A stretch of 39,735 nucleotides of DNA from Caldilineaceae bacterium (GTDB taxonomy: Bacteria > Chloroflexota > Anaerolineae > Caldilineales > Caldilineaceae): NCBI GenBank assembly GCA_020433455.1, contig JAGRCP010000046.1, positions 1 through 39,735 of the forward strand, read 5' to 3'. The notes beneath the pieces were generated by a model. It saw only the letters and a list, made by a program, of their open reading frames with translations, was not told the DNA's origin and ran no database searches. The first letter of the stretch is position 1. Each line of letters starts with the position of its first letter. The position numbers and the translations under genes were made by a program. Shown here one piece after another: positions 8,977-20,114 of this stretch.

Positions 8977-10038
8977 GTGACCCACATGAAATACCTGAGG
9001 CTCACCCTGGATGGAAGGGAAACCGTGATCAAGAAGACGACAATTGTGGATATTGCCAAGGAGGCGGGTGTTTCGGTTTCGACGGTCTCGCGCATTCTGA
9101 ACAACAAGCCGGACGTCGCGGAGAAGACGCGGCAGCGGGTTTTGCAGGTAATCGAAGAACAGAACTTCACGCCGCAGACCGCCTGGCAACAGTTACGTTC
9201 GGGCAAAAGCCGGGTGATCACGCTCCACTTTCCCCAGAATTTCAACCCGCTGTTTCAGGGGATGATCGCCGATGCCGCGCTGCGCTGCGAGCAGTTGGGC
9301 TTTACGCTGAACTTGATGGTCGGTCCGCTGGATGAGCCCGAGTTGCTCAATATTCTGCGCAGCGGTCAGGCGGACGGCATCATCCTGACGGAAACGCTTA
9401 CCCACGATTGGCGCGTTGAGTCGTTACGCGGCTACCCGTCCCGGTTTGTTATGATCGGTCGCTGTGCCGATACCACCGGCCTCAGCTATGTTGACTCGGC
9501 AATTGAGCTGGGGGTCGGCGACGCGATTGATCATCTGGCGGAACTGGGGCATCGTCATGTGGGGTTTCTCACTCTGGGGAAGATCGCGCCGGGGAAAGAA
9601 TACAGCTTCACCGGGTTCGCCCGTGCCGGCTGCCAGGCCGCGTGCCGGCGTCACGGCATCACCTGCCACCTGCGGGCGACCGATTTGAGCAATGAAAGCG
9701 TAACCGATGCCGCCGTCAACCTGCTCGAGCAACACCCGGAGATCACCGCCTTCGTAACGCCCCAGGATTCCGGCGTTCCCGGCATCCTCAAGGCTATTGC
9801 CCTGCGCGGGCTGCGCATTCCGGAAGATATCTCGGTTGTCGGCCTGCTGGACGAAGCTTTTGCCGAGATGATTACCCCGCCCCTGACCGCGCTCGATTTT
9901 TCGTCCCACACGTTGGGTTTTACCGCGGCCGAGCTGCTGGTAGCCCAATTAAACGATGAGGTGTCCGGTCCGCAGCAGGTGCTGATCAAGCCGGAACTGC
10001 ATGTACGCGGCAGTACGGGACCATGCGTACAGAGATGA
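8977..10038 (+). CDS. LacI-family transcriptional regulator
   Basis: The N-terminal HTH is TIVDIAKEAGVSVSTVSRILNN. The C-terminal domain is a periplasmic-binding-protein-like sugar-binding domain. Confidence 0.85.
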   Translation: MTHMKYLRLTLDGRETVIKKTTIVDIAKEAGVSVSTVSRILNNKPDVAEKTRQRVLQVIEEQNFTPQTAWQQLRSGKSRVITLHFPQNFNPLFQGMIADAALRCEQLGFTLNLMVGPLDEPELLNILRSGQADGIILTETLTHDWRVESLRGYPSRFVMIGRCADTTGLSYVDSAIELGVGDAIDHLAELGHRHVGFLTLGKIAPGKEYSFTGFARAGCQAACRRHGITCHLRATDLSNESVTDAAVNLLEQHPEITAFVTPQDSGVPGILKAIALRGLRIPEDISVVGLLDEAFAEMITPPLTALDFSSHTLGFTAAELLVAQLNDEVSGPQQVLIKPELHVRGSTGPCVQR

Positions 10039-10078
10039 TCGTGAACAACCCTTCCATAAGAACAAGAAAAGCACCCTG

Positions 10079-11170
10079 ATGAAACCACTCGGATTAGGCG
10101 TACTCGGTCTCGGCGAAGGCCGCAGCATTATCTCGGCAGGCGTCCGCAGCGCGCTCTGGGACGTCGTCTGCCTCTGTGATACCAACGCGCGGCTGGCGCA
10201 AGAACGCTGTGCGGAATTCGGCGTTGAACAATACACCACCGACTATGAAGCGATGCTGGCCGACCCGGCTATCGATGCCATCGGCATTTACACGCCCGAT
10301 CACCTCCATGCAGATCACATTCTGGCCGCGCTGGCCGCGGGCAAGCACGTGATCTGCACCAAGCCCTTCATCGACGATCTCAGCCGCGCGCGGGAACTGC
10401 TGGACGCGCAGGTCAGCAGCGGCAAAGCGGTCATGGTGGGGCAGAGCACGCGCTTCTTCGAGCCGTTCATGCGCCAACGGGAGCACTATGAGAGCGGCGC
10501 GCTGGGCGATTTGGTCACGGTGGAGGCGAGCTACAGCGCGGATCATCGCTGGTTTCTGGACAAGCCGTGGGCGCGCCAGGCCGCGTTCAAATGGCTCTAC
10601 GGCGGCATCAGTCACCCGGCGGATCTGGTCCGCTGGTATCTGCCCAACGTGAGCGAAGTCATGGGCTATGCGTACCTGAGCGCCAACGGCCGGGAAGGCG
10701 GTCTGGTCAACCCGGACACCTATCACTTTGTGCTCAAGGCGAGCGACGGCCGCATCGCGCGGGTGACGGGCGTTTACTCCTGCCCCACCGTGCCCGTGGA
10801 GCGGGACAGCCCCATGACCTGCATCCTGCGCTGCGATCTGGGTGCAAGCCAGGCCGATTATCATGAATTACACTACGCGTGGACCGTCGGCAAGCAGGCG
10901 GCGATTGAGTCTTTCGAATCCAAACGCGACTACTATTTCCGCTTCGGCGGCAACAGCCACCATGCCGGCGAGTATCAGAACTATATCGAGTACTTCGCCC
11001 GTTCACTGGCCGCGGGCGAAACGCCCCGACCCGACGTGCGTGAGGGCATTGTCACGGTGGCGCTCATGCAGGCCATGGACGAAGCTGCGCAGACCGAACA
11101 GCCGGTGCGCATCGCCGATCTCCTGGGCAGATACGGGCTGGAAGGGCTCCTCGCAGAGACGGCTCGTTAA
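10079..11170 (+). CDS. Gfo/Idh/MocA family oxidoreductase
   Basis: The N-terminus LGLGVLGLGEGRS is a Rossmann fold, and the size is about 360 aa. The ORF opens at 10001 but the likely start is MKPLGL at 10079. Confidence 0.8.
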   Translation: MKPLGLGVLGLGEGRSIISAGVRSALWDVVCLCDTNARLAQERCAEFGVEQYTTDYEAMLADPAIDAIGIYTPDHLHADHILAALAAGKHVICTKPFIDDLSRARELLDAQVSSGKAVMVGQSTRFFEPFMRQREHYESGALGDLVTVEASYSADHRWFLDKPWARQAAFKWLYGGISHPADLVRWYLPNVSEVMGYAYLSANGREGGLVNPDTYHFVLKASDGRIARVTGVYSCPTVPVERDSPMTCILRCDLGASQADYHELHYAWTVGKQAAIESFESKRDYYFRFGGNSHHAGEYQNYIEYFARSLAAGETPRPDVREGIVTVALMQAMDEAAQTEQPVRIADLLGRYGLEGLLAETAR

Positions 11171-11258
11171 TCGAGAGACCAAGTGGATATTGGATAAGCG
11201 TACGGACATGGGGTGCGGCGGAAGGGCCCCACTGCCGAGCGACCGCAGGGATCACACC

Positions 11259-13682
11259 CTACAGCGGTGAATATTCTCCCTCCCCTCGCTCAACCAGATA
11301 ATGCACCCCAGCCTGGGCATCGAACTCGACGACGCCCTCCTCGGGCGCGTCAAGTGATACTGCCGTGCCGGCGGCAAGTACGCGGACGGGAATGCCGGCC
11401 CGTACGCGACAGCGTCCGCTGAACGCAGGGACGATCAGCGCCTCGCTCAGTGCGCCGTCGCGCCAGGTAATGGTTACAGTGTAGCCGCCACGCGCGCGCA
11501 GTCCGCTCACGCTGCCGTCGCGCCAGGCGGAGGGCAGTGCAGGCAGCAGGTGGAGTTCGTCGTTTTGGCTCTGGAGCAACATTTCGGCAATGCCCGCGGT
11601 GACGCCGAAGTTGCCGTCGATCTGAAAAGGCGGGTGCGCGTCCAGGAGATTGGCGTAGACGCCGCCGCCTTCCAGCGCGACGCCGGACTCCTCACAGAGT
11701 TGCAGCATGTTATCGATGAGCTTGAGCGCGCGATCGCCGTTCTCAAAGCGGGCCCAGAAATTGACCTTCCACGCCATGGACCAGCCGGTGCCGCCGTCGC
11801 CGCGCAGCTCCAGCGAACGCCTGGCCGCTTCCCACAGCCCGGGCGTACCCCGCCGCGTGATCTGATTGCCCGAATGGAGCGCCACCAGATGGGAGGCGTG
11901 GCGGTGATGATCCTCGGGATCGTCCCAATCCTGGGCCCACTCTTGCAGTTGTCCCAGGCGTCCGATACGGAAGGGGTAGAGCTTCTCTATGGCGGCCGTC
12001 AACCGGGCCCTAAAATCGGCATCAACGGCGAGGATTCGGGCTGCGGCGACGCACTTGGCGAACAGATCCCGGGTGAGCGCCATATCCATGGTCGAGGCGT
12101 AGCTCACGGCCGCATGTTGGCCGTCGGGCGTGGTGAAGTTATTCTCGGGCGAAGTCGCCGGCGCCGTGACCAGATAGCCGTCATGCTCAATAAGCCAATC
12201 CAACAAAAATTCGGCTGCGCCCTTCATGAGCGGATAGGCCCGCCTGCGCAGAAAGTCAACATCGCCGCCGAAAAGATAATGCTCCCAGAGGTGCTGGCAG
12301 AGCCAGGGCCCGGCCATGGGCCACGCCGCCCACACGGGATTCCCCTGGCCGTAGTTGCCGGCGGGTGCGGTTTGCCGCCAGAGGTCGGCATTGTGATGCG
12401 CGGCCCAGCCTTCGGCCCCATAGTTGATTCGGGCCGTCTCCCGGCCGTTGACGCTCATCTCGGCGATAAAATCGAAGAGCGGGGCGTGGCATTCAGCCAG
12501 ATTGGCGGGCTCGGCCGGCCAGTAGTTCATCTCCGTATTGATGTTGACCGTATAGTTGGAACTCCACGGCGGGCGTACCTTGTCGTTCCAGATGCCCTGC
12601 AGGTTGGCGGCTTGCGTACCCGGTCGTGATGAGGCGATGAGAAGGTAACGACCATACTGGAAGAGCAAGGCGATGAGCTGCGGATCAGCGCCGCCTTGAT
12701 AGGCGAGAATGCGATCGATGGTGGGCAGGTCGGCGCGGGGCGTGCGCCCCAGGTCCAGCGCGACGCGGCGGAATAGCTGCTGGTGATCGGCGATGTGGTC
12801 CGCACGCAGGACGATGAAGGGGCGAACCGCCGCTGCCGCGACATCGCTTTGTGCGAGATCATGGGGGTCGATGCCGGACGTTGCGGGCATCCGGTTGAAG
12901 CCGTTGAAGCTGGTGGCCGCGCCCAGAATGATGACGGCCTCGGTTGCGCCGGTCACCCGTAGCGTGGCGCCGTCATCAATGGCACGGGTGACGCTTGCTG
13001 CGGGATCGACCAGAATGCGGGCATAAGCGGCAAAGCTCATGCCCATCTCCTCCTCATTCTCGGCATAGGTTACCGGCTGGTCAGACGGCATGTAAGAGGG
13101 GACCACGTTGCTGGGAGCCCGACCGGAGAGCGCCAGTTGGCCGTCCTCCGTGACTACAGCGGTGAAGCGCAGGGGGCTGTCCAGTTGCGCGCTGAAATTG
13201 AGCCGGCCGGCTTCGTCGGCGGAAAGGCGCAGGACAATGACCCGATCAGGCGCTGAGGCGAAGGCTTCACGCCGGAACGTTATGCCGTTTGCCTCATAGG
13301 AAACCGCGGCCGCGGCTGAATCCAGATCCAAAGAGCGCTGATAATTCACAACTTCACCTTCATGCTCGAAGAAGAGGCGTAGATTGCCCAGCGGCAGGTA
13401 GGATTCGTTAAAGAGGCCCTGCATGTCCTTGGCCAGCTCATCGGCGCGTTCATACTCGCCGGCGAAGATGGCTTCGCGTACCTTGGGCAGGGCCGTCAGG
13501 GCCGCCGGGTTGTTGGCATCCCGGGGGTAGCCGGACCAGAGCGTATCTTCGTTGAGCTGGAGCCGCTCCTCCTGGATGCCGCCAAAGACCATCGCGCCCA
13601 GCCGCCCATTGCCGATGGGCAGGGCCTCTACCCAGGTTGCGGCGGGTTTGTTATACCAAAGTGTCAGATCGGTGCTCATCAA
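11259..13682 (-). CDS. Glycoside hydrolase family 95 (alpha-L-fucosidase)
   Basis: The N-terminus [28 protein letters not shown]...[13 protein letters not shown] is the GH95 signature. The protein is about 807 aa. Confidence 0.85.
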   Translation of the reverse strand: MMSTDLTLWYNKPAATWVEALPIGNGRLGAMVFGGIQEERLQLNEDTLWSGYPRDANNPAALTALPKVREAIFAGEYERADELAKDMQGLFNESYLPLGNLRLFFEHEGEVVNYQRSLDLDSAAAAVSYEANGITFRREAFASAPDRVIVLRLSADEAGRLNFSAQLDSPLRFTAVVTEDGQLALSGRAPSNVVPSYMPSDQPVTYAENEEEMGMSFAAYARILVDPAASVTRAIDDGATLRVTGATEAVIILGAATSFNGFNRMPATSGIDPHDLAQSDVAAAAVRPFIVLRADHIADHQQLFRRVALDLGRTPRADLPTIDRILAYQGGADPQLIALLFQYGRYLLIASSRPGTQAANLQGIWNDKVRPPWSSNYTVNINTEMNYWPAEPANLAECHAPLFDFIAEMSVNGRETARINYGAEGWAAHHNADLWRQTAPAGNYGQGNPVWAAWPMAGPWLCQHLWEHYLFGGDVDFLRRRAYPLMKGAAEFLLDWLIEHDGYLVTAPATSPENNFTTPDGQHAAVSYASTMDMALTRDLFAKCVAAARILAVDADFRARLTAAIEKLYPFRIGRLGQLQEWAQDWDDPEDHHRHASHLVALHSGNQITRRGTPGLWEAARRSLELRGDGGTGWSMAWKVNFWARFENGDRALKLIDNMLQLCEESGVALEGGGVYANLLDAHPPFQIDGNFGVTAGIAEMLLQSQNDELHLLPALPSAWRDGSVSGLRARGGYTVTITWRDGALSEALIVPAFSGRCRVRAGIPVRVLAAGTAVSLDAPEEGVVEFDAQAGVHYLVERGEGEYSPL

Positions 13683-13986
13683 GAGTTCCTCTTAAATTGA
13701 AGGGGGACGCAGCGCGTCTGCTTCCGGCAGGCGAGCGCCGGGGATGTAATTCCCTGAATATGCGCTAAGCATAAAACCGACTGTCTCCATCCTGCAACTG
13801 CGCCATGCATTCTCCCGCTGCCACACTCCCCTGCCCCGCCGCTGCGCATCTCCGTACATGAGGCGTTGGTGCGTTGGCCCGACCAAATTGCCCCTGCTGC
13901 CGATTCTGGCTACAATGCCCTACCGAAGCTGAACGATGAGTTAAATTGACCCTTCCTATAAACCCACACCCACGAAACAACCTGCC

Positions 13987-14847
13987 ATGACCTATACAAC
14001 GTTAATTTCGACTGCCGACCTGGCCGCCTGCTACAGCAACCCGAACTGGGCCGTTATCGACTGCCGCTTCTCTTTGGCCGATCCGACCCAGGGACGGCGC
14101 GACTATCTCAACGCCCACATTCCCGGCGCGGTCTACGCCCATTTGGATAACGATCTTTCCGGCCCCATCATTCCCGGTGAGACCGGCCGCCATCCGCTGC
14201 CCTCGGTGGAAGAATTTGCCGCCACGCTGAGCCGATGGGGCATCGACGCCGGCGTCCAGGTCGTGGCCTATGATGATGCCGGCGGCATGTACGCCGCGCG
14301 TCTTTGGTGGATGTTGCGCTGGCTGGGTCATGCTGATGCGGCCGTGCTGGACGGCGGTTGGCTCAAATGGTGGGAAGAAGCGCGCCCCATGGCCGGCGGG
14401 CTGGAGCAACGTTTCCCGCGCACTTTTTACCCTGATCCCCAACCCGACATGCAGGTTTCGTCGGCTGATGTGCTGGCCGCGCTGGACGACGGACGCGTGC
14501 TGCTGGCGGACGCGCGGGACGCGGTCCGTTATCGCGGCGAGGCGGCCGGGCTGGACCCGGTGGCCGGACGCATCCCCGGCGCGCTGTCGGCCCACTATGT
14601 CTGCAATCTCAATGATGACGGCACGTGGCGCTCGCCTGAAGAGCTGCGGGCGTATTATGCGGCTTTGTTGGGAGCGGACGACAGCGGACAAATCTCGCAG
14701 GAAGTAATCTTCTATTGCGGTTCAGGCGTTACCGCAGCGCATGACGTCCTGGCGCTGGAGCAGGCCGGGCTGGGCAAGTCAAAGCTCTACGCCGGTTCGT
14801 GGAGCGAGTGGATTACGGATGCGACCCGACCGGTGGCCCGGGGGTAG
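13987..14847 (+). CDS. sseA: 3-mercaptopyruvate/thiosulfate sulfurtransferase (tandem rhodanese)
   Basis: It has two rhodanese domains, and the active-site Cys lies in FYCGSGVTAAH. Confidence 0.85.
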   Translation: MTYTTLISTADLAACYSNPNWAVIDCRFSLADPTQGRRDYLNAHIPGAVYAHLDNDLSGPIIPGETGRHPLPSVEEFAATLSRWGIDAGVQVVAYDDAGGMYAARLWWMLRWLGHADAAVLDGGWLKWWEEARPMAGGLEQRFPRTFYPDPQPDMQVSSADVLAALDDGRVLLADARDAVRYRGEAAGLDPVAGRIPGALSAHYVCNLNDDGTWRSPEELRAYYAALLGADDSGQISQEVIFYCGSGVTAAHDVLALEQAGLGKSKLYAGSWSEWITDATRPVARG

Positions 14848-14887
14848 GCAATTGCCCGTTTTCAAATCAGCGGCATGATGTTGCGGA

Positions 14888-16393
14888 TCATTGCATTACG
14901 TGGATGGGCATGCCCAGATATGCCCGGGCAAAGAGGACTGCGGCATCCTCGTTGTCGAGCATGGCGCAGCCGAACGTGGCGGGTTGGCCGATGAGGCCGT
15001 CCCAGATTTCCTCGCCCGTATCCCAATCGATGGGCAGCCCGTGGATGCCGTTTTCGTATTCGCCCACGTCGTAAATGCCCAGCCAAAAGGGCATGTCCAG
15101 ACGATAGGCGCTGCTCTGGGCCATTTCCAACATGGTCTGTACGCGGAAGGTTCCCGTGCGGGTGATCCATTCGCCGTAGCCGGTGCTGCACGTCCAGCGG
15201 ATGCGCGGCTGGGCGCCTTCAAACAGCCAGCACTCCTGACGGCTCAGGCTGACCAGGAAACTGGTCCCCGAGAGCGGGACGGGCGGCATTATTTGTGCGA
15301 GGGGCGGCGCGCCGAAGGGGATGCGCAGCTCCAGCCCCGTGTAGACCGTCTGCTCATCGGGCAGACGGTTGAACTCCATAAGCGCCAGCACGGTGCTGTC
15401 AAACTCCCTGGCCAATCCCGAGAGCGTGTCGCCCGGCTGCACGGTATAGTAGTAAAATCCTCGTCGCTGGGGACCGATGGTCAAGGGCGGCGCACTCGCT
15501 TCGTCGGTCGGCGGCGGAATGCTGAGCGCCTGGCCCGCGCTCAACAAGTCCGGGTTGCGGATGCCGTTGGCGTTCAATAGCTCCGTCAAGCTGATGGCGT
15601 GGTCCCGGGCAATTTGCCCCAGGCTGTCGCCGGGCCGGACGATGTAGCTTGCCGCCGCGGGGATTACCTGAAGCTCGTCGGCTGTGGCCGGCAAAATGAG
15701 GGTCTCGCCGGCTGTGAGATCCGCGTTGTTGCGATCCTCCATGCCGTTGACCGCGCGCAGCGCGCGGACATCCACGCCGTAGCGCAGGGCAATGTCGGCC
15801 AGCGTATCGCCCGATCGCACGGTCATAACCGGGTTGAGGGACGTGGTGCTGCGTACGGGCGGGGCTTCAGGCGCTGATTCCGAGGCCTCCCCCGGGACGG
15901 CAGGCGTTTCAGCCTCTTCTGTGGATGCTTCCTCCTCGCCTATCCTGTCTTCATCCGTTTCCTCTTCATCCGCAGCGCCTTCATTCGTCGGCGGCAGGCG
16001 CAGGCGCTGCCCGATCAGCAGGCTATCCGCATCGGTCATCCCGTTGAGCGCCATCAGTTCGGCGCTCTCCACGCCGTAGGCCTGGGCAATTTCGCTCAGC
16101 GTCTCGCCCGGCTGCACAATGTGAACCGGCCCATCCTGGGCCAGGAGGGCAGTCTGCCCCCATGCGGACGCCAGCAGAAAGCAGATCAGCAACAATACCG
16201 CGCCGATCCTGTGGACCGCGGGTCCGTTCTGTCGGATGTGGCTATACGGCTTCCTCCGGGAGAGTTCGCGGAAAATACGCCGGTCCTGGAGAGAAACTTC
16301 CTGGAGGCTGTATAATAATTGCCGGACAATGGGGCGGATGAAACCTGTTTTTTCCGGGCGTGATGGTTGCTTTTCTTTCATTGCGGCTCTCAT
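14888..16393 (-). CDS. LysM-repeat (x4) L,D-transpeptidase (YkuD domain)
   Basis: There are four LysM repeats (HIVQPGETLSEIAQ..., MTVRSGDTLADIAL..., YIVRPGDSLGQIAR..., YTVQPGDTLSGLAR...). The C-terminal YkuD domain has the His/Cys motif (GIHG...TFGC). The true start may be internal. Confidence 0.75.
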   Translation of the reverse strand: MRAAMKEKQPSRPEKTGFIRPIVRQLLYSLQEVSLQDRRIFRELSRRKPYSHIRQNGPAVHRIGAVLLLICFLLASAWGQTALLAQDGPVHIVQPGETLSEIAQAYGVESAELMALNGMTDADSLLIGQRLRLPPTNEGAADEEETDEDRIGEEEASTEEAETPAVPGEASESAPEAPPVRSTTSLNPVMTVRSGDTLADIALRYGVDVRALRAVNGMEDRNNADLTAGETLILPATADELQVIPAAASYIVRPGDSLGQIARDHAISLTELLNANGIRNPDLLSAGQALSIPPPTDEASAPPLTIGPQRRGFYYYTVQPGDTLSGLAREFDSTVLALMEFNRLPDEQTVYTGLELRIPFGAPPLAQIMPPVPLSGTSFLVSLSRQECWLFEGAQPRIRWTCSTGYGEWITRTGTFRVQTMLEMAQSSAYRLDMPFWLGIYDVGEYENGIHGLPIDWDTGEEIWDGLIGQPATFGCAMLDNEDAAVLFARAYLGMPIHVMQ

Positions 16394-16485
16394 TGCGGCG
16401 GCTTACCTCGCTGTGCTATCATTGATCTGAATGGGTCCGTTCAAATCCGTCCTCACCGCTTTGGCTGCGGTCTATTATCCGGCAT

Positions 16486-17193
16486 ATGGGAGATCCCATG
16501 CTCCAACCGAGAACCTATCCTGAGCTGCTGGGCAAAGCGCTTATGCTCGATGCCGATCCTCATGTTGTCCTGCAGGATGATGACCAACCGTGGGTTGAGG
16601 GGCTGGTTATCACCGTCCTGGTGGGCGCGTTGGCTGGCCTGGCCCAACTCATCGGCGGCTGGCTCCTCAACCTGACGATGCCGCCGGCTGCCCTGACCTT
16701 AAGCGCACTCCTGGACAGTATCGGCGCAACGTTGGGGCCGGCGGTCCAGGCCGAGAGCGAACCGGCCGTTCGCTTGCTCTGGGGATGGGTCGGCCTGATC
16801 ACCGGCTACGGCGGCGGTTGGGGACGACTGCTGATCGTGGCAGGCATGCCCCTGTTGCTGGTTGTACAGTGGGCGTTTTTCGGCTTTATCGGCTACGGCG
16901 TCGCCAGTTATCTGGGCGGAAAAGGCTCGCTCAGCCAGACATTGGGCGCTGTAGGCCTGATGGTCGCGCCTCAGGTTTTGCTCTTCTTCCGCATCATTCC
17001 CTTTGTCTCCGTAAGCGGCTTGCTTCTCGCGGTCTGGTCTCTGCTGATCGCCTATCGGGCGATTGAAGTCGTCCACGAGCTGCCGTGGCGAAAGGCCGTC
17101 ATCAGTACGCTGACGTTACCGGTTATCCTGGGACTGGCCGGGCTTGCCGCCTATCTTGTCAACGCCGCCATCCTCTATGTCGGAGGTATGTAG
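16486..17193 (+). CDS. Yip1-family integral membrane protein
   Basis: It has 4-5 TM helices and a Gly-rich segment typical of Yip1/DUF1282. Confidence 0.5.
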   Translation: MGDPMLQPRTYPELLGKALMLDADPHVVLQDDDQPWVEGLVITVLVGALAGLAQLIGGWLLNLTMPPAALTLSALLDSIGATLGPAVQAESEPAVRLLWGWVGLITGYGGGWGRLLIVAGMPLLLVVQWAFFGFIGYGVASYLGGKGSLSQTLGAVGLMVAPQVLLFFRIIPFVSVSGLLLAVWSLLIAYRAIEVVHELPWRKAVISTLTLPVILGLAGLAAYLVNAAILYVGGM

Positions 17194-17195
17194 CA

Positions 17196-18076
17196 TGAGT
17201 GAACAAGCAATCCGCTCCAATCCGAGCGACGCACAGCTGTCGGAAACGCCTGAGGTCGTCGCGATCTTGCCGGCGTCTGACGACGGGATGGCCGTCACCG
17301 TTTTCTATAATGAGTGCCCGGAGGGCGGCTTTTTCGATGTGGGGCAGTGGCTGCCGCCGCGCGAGCAAATGCAATACGCTCTGCGCCTGAATGCCCGCTA
17401 CGCGATTGAGGGCGACCCTGAGCATCAGGCGGCCATCGCGCCCTGTCCTGCTACCAGCATGCGTCAGGGCGCAGGCATGATCTTTATGGCCGCACTCATT
17501 ACCGGCGCACTGCCGTTCCTGATCCGTTGGATCCAGGCCGCCCGCTTCGGCACGGCGACGCCATTGCTGGACCTGGCCCGGCTTTTTAATGTGGAAAGCG
17601 CCTTTCCCGCCGACGGAGGCATTCCTCTGGTTACCGATGCGGTTTATCGCGTTGTGGGCCTGGATCCCCGGGCTCCTGCCTGGCTGGCGGCAGGGCTGAG
17701 CGCGCTGGGTGAATGGATTTCGTTGCCGCTGGATTGGTTGACCGTCTGGATCATTTATGGTGTGGGCGTCCTGGCCGTCAGCCACTTGCTGGGGGCGCAT
17801 ACTACCCTGCAGCATTTTTTTGCCGGCACCAGCTATACCTGCCTGCCCTTCCTTCTGCTCCTGCTGACGCCGATTCCCTACCTGGGCGTCCTGGCCGCCG
17901 GCGCGGCTCTGGTCTGGGCCGCCATTCTCTACGTCAGAAGCGTCATGGTCGTCACCGGCCTGGATCTGGGCCGCACGTTGGTCAGCGTCATCGCTCCCGG
18001 CGCGCTTGTGGGCTTGCTGCTTTTACTCGGATTCGGCGCGGCCGTCTTCTCCGCCTTGCAATACGCCGTGATGTAA
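17196..18076 (+). CDS. Integral membrane protein, Yip1-like paralog
   Basis: It immediately follows the Yip1-like gene. It is multi-TM with a similar hydrophobic architecture, and the ORF opens at 17144. Confidence 0.45.
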
Positions 18077-18118
18077 CAGCCGTCATGTAACAACCGGAAC
18101 GCCGCTTAAAAACGCTGC

Positions 18119-18751
18119 CTAACGCTGATACAGGCCCTGGTCGAAAATATACTCCATGACGACCTTTGGGACCATGAAGCGAATGGGCCGCCCCTCGCGG
18201 ACCCGAGCCTGGATGACGTGGCTGGCGATCTCCAATTCGGGCATGTCCAGAATAATCACCCGCTCCCGGACGCCGGGCAGGGCCGCTTCCAGCGCGTCCC
18301 AGTCCAGGTCTACATCGTGGCGGCTGAGCGCCACGATGCGACAATTCTCCACCAGCCAGGCGGCTTCGTGCCAGGTCGGCAAGTCCCGCAGGCTATCCAT
18401 CCCCATGAGATAATAAACTTCTGTGCCCGCGGGCGCCCGTTCCTGCACCATGCGTACCATGTCGGATGTGTAGTGGGGACCGGGGCGATCCGCATCAATG
18501 CGGCTGACCCGAATATGGTCGATATCCTCCGTTGCCAGTTCCGCCATGCGCAGGCGATGGGCGACCGGCGAAAGCGAGCGGTCCTGCTTGTGGGGCGGAT
18601 CGCCGGCCGGCACCAGATAAACCCGATCCAGCTTTAACCGGGACCAGGCTTCCTCCACCAGGATCAGATGGCCGATGTGGATGGGGTCGAATGTGCCGCC
18701 GAAGATGCCGATGGAAAACGGCTGAACTTTATTCTCCGAAGGCATTGTCAT
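18119..18751 (-). CDS. nadD: Nicotinate-nucleotide adenylyltransferase
   Basis: The motif [14 protein letters not shown] is the (H/T)xGH motif. The size is about 200 aa, and the 5' end overlaps the 3' end of obg. Confidence 0.9.
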   Translation of the reverse strand: MTMPSENKVQPFSIGIFGGTFDPIHIGHLILVEEAWSRLKLDRVYLVPAGDPPHKQDRSLSPVAHRLRMAELATEDIDHIRVSRIDADRPGPHYTSDMVRMVQERAPAGTEVYYLMGMDSLRDLPTWHEAAWLVENCRIVALSRHDVDLDWDALEAALPGVRERVIILDMPELEIASHVIQARVREGRPIRFMVPKVVMEYIFDQGLYQR

Positions 18752-20018
18752 AGCCCCAAATCAGTTCGACATTGGCGATGTGCACCGTATCTCCCTCCTG
18801 AACGCCGGCTTCGCCCAGGGCGTCGCGAATCCCCATCGCGCGCAGAATGCGCTGGAAACGCATGGCCGCTTCGTAATAGTCCCAGTTGGTCATGCGCGCC
18901 GTCCGCTCGATGGCAATGCCCGTCACCCGCCATTCGCCGTCGCCCAAATTCACAATCTCAAAACGGTTTTCATCCGCTTCCGGCACAATCTCCGGCAACG
19001 CCTCTTCTGCCGCGGGAAGGGGATCGGGCAACTCATCCAACAGGGCCTGGACCTGATAGAGCAACTGCTGTACATTCTCACGCGTCACGGCGCTGATGGC
19101 GATGACGGGCAGATCCTGCACCTGTATGGCGGCCTCAATTTGGGGCCACTGCTCCTGAGCCATGGGCAGGTCCATTTTGTTAAACGCCACGATTTGAGGC
19201 TTGTCGGCCAGGGCGGGATTGAAGAGCGACATTTCCTGGTTGATGGCCTGAAAGTCGCCCAGGGGGTCGGGGCTGTCGCCCGCGAGGACGTGGATGAGCA
19301 CGCGCGTCCGTTCAATGTGACGCAAAAATTCGTGTCCCAGGCCCGTTCCTTCATGGGCCCCCTCCATGAGGCCGGGAATATCGGCCAGCACAATCTGACG
19401 GTGGTTGATTTCAGCAACGCCCAGATTGGGTACAATAGTGGTAAAAGGGTAGTCGGCGATTTTTGGTTTGGCCGCGCTGACCACGCTCAACAGGGTGGAT
19501 TTGCCTGCGTTGGGCACGCCCACGATCCCCACATCGGCAACCAGCTTCAGCTCCAATTCCAGCCAAAGCTCTTCGCCCGGCTCGCCCTTTTCGGCCATCC
19601 GCGGGGCCTTGTTGCGCGCTGACTTGAAGGAATTGTTGCCGCGCCCGCCGCGGCCGCCGCGCACCACCCGCTCTTCGTCGCCCGCGTGGGTCAGATCGGC
19701 AATCACGTCGCCCGTCTCCGCCCGGTAGACCAGCGTGCCCGGCGGCACGGGAATGCGCAAGTCGGTCCCGTTGGCGCCCGTCTTGTTGGCGCCGCCGCCA
19801 TGCACGCCCCGTTCGGCGCGGTAATGGACCTGATTTTTGAACGCGGCCAATGTGTTGAGGCCCGGATCGACGTAAAATATCACGTCGCCGCCGCGACCGC
19901 CATTGCCCCCATTAGGGCCGCCCCGAGGCACGAATTTCTCGCGCCGAAAAGAGACGACGCCGTTGCCGCCGTCTCCCGCTTTCACATAGATTCTCGCCTG
20001 ATCGAAAAACATGCTCAT
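18729..20018 (-). CDS. obg: GTPase Obg/CgtA
   Basis: The Gly-rich Obg fold GGNGGRGGD is present, and the G1 motif is [16 protein letters not shown]-terminal TGS/OCT domain is also present. Confidence 0.92.
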   Translation of the reverse strand: MSMFFDQARIYVKAGDGGNGVVSFRREKFVPRGGPNGGNGGRGGDVIFYVDPGLNTLAAFKNQVHYRAERGVHGGGANKTGANGTDLRIPVPPGTLVYRAETGDVIADLTHAGDEERVVRGGRGGRGNNSFKSARNKAPRMAEKGEPGEELWLELELKLVADVGIVGVPNAGKSTLLSVVSAAKPKIADYPFTTIVPNLGVAEINHRQIVLADIPGLMEGAHEGTGLGHEFLRHIERTRVLIHVLAGDSPDPLGDFQAINQEMSLFNPALADKPQIVAFNKMDLPMAQEQWPQIEAAIQVQDLPVIAISAVTRENVQQLLYQVQALLDELPDPLPAAEEALPEIVPEADENRFEIVNLGDGEWRVTGIAIERTARMTNWDYYEAAMRFQRILRAMGIRDALGEAGVQEGDTVHIANVELIWGYDNAFGE

Positions 20019-20114
20019 ATTGTACCGATGGAGGGAACGAAATCCAAAAGCGTTATAAGGCCCTTGCTTTTCTTTTTACTTCCGTCGTCCGTCTACTCAC
20101 GCTATAATGGGGGC

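Noticed and set aside
11550-12629. 359-aa plus-strand ORF inside the GH95 gene
   Set aside because: It is antisense to a strongly supported GH95 fucosidase. It has no motifs and Gly/Arg/Pro-rich composition.
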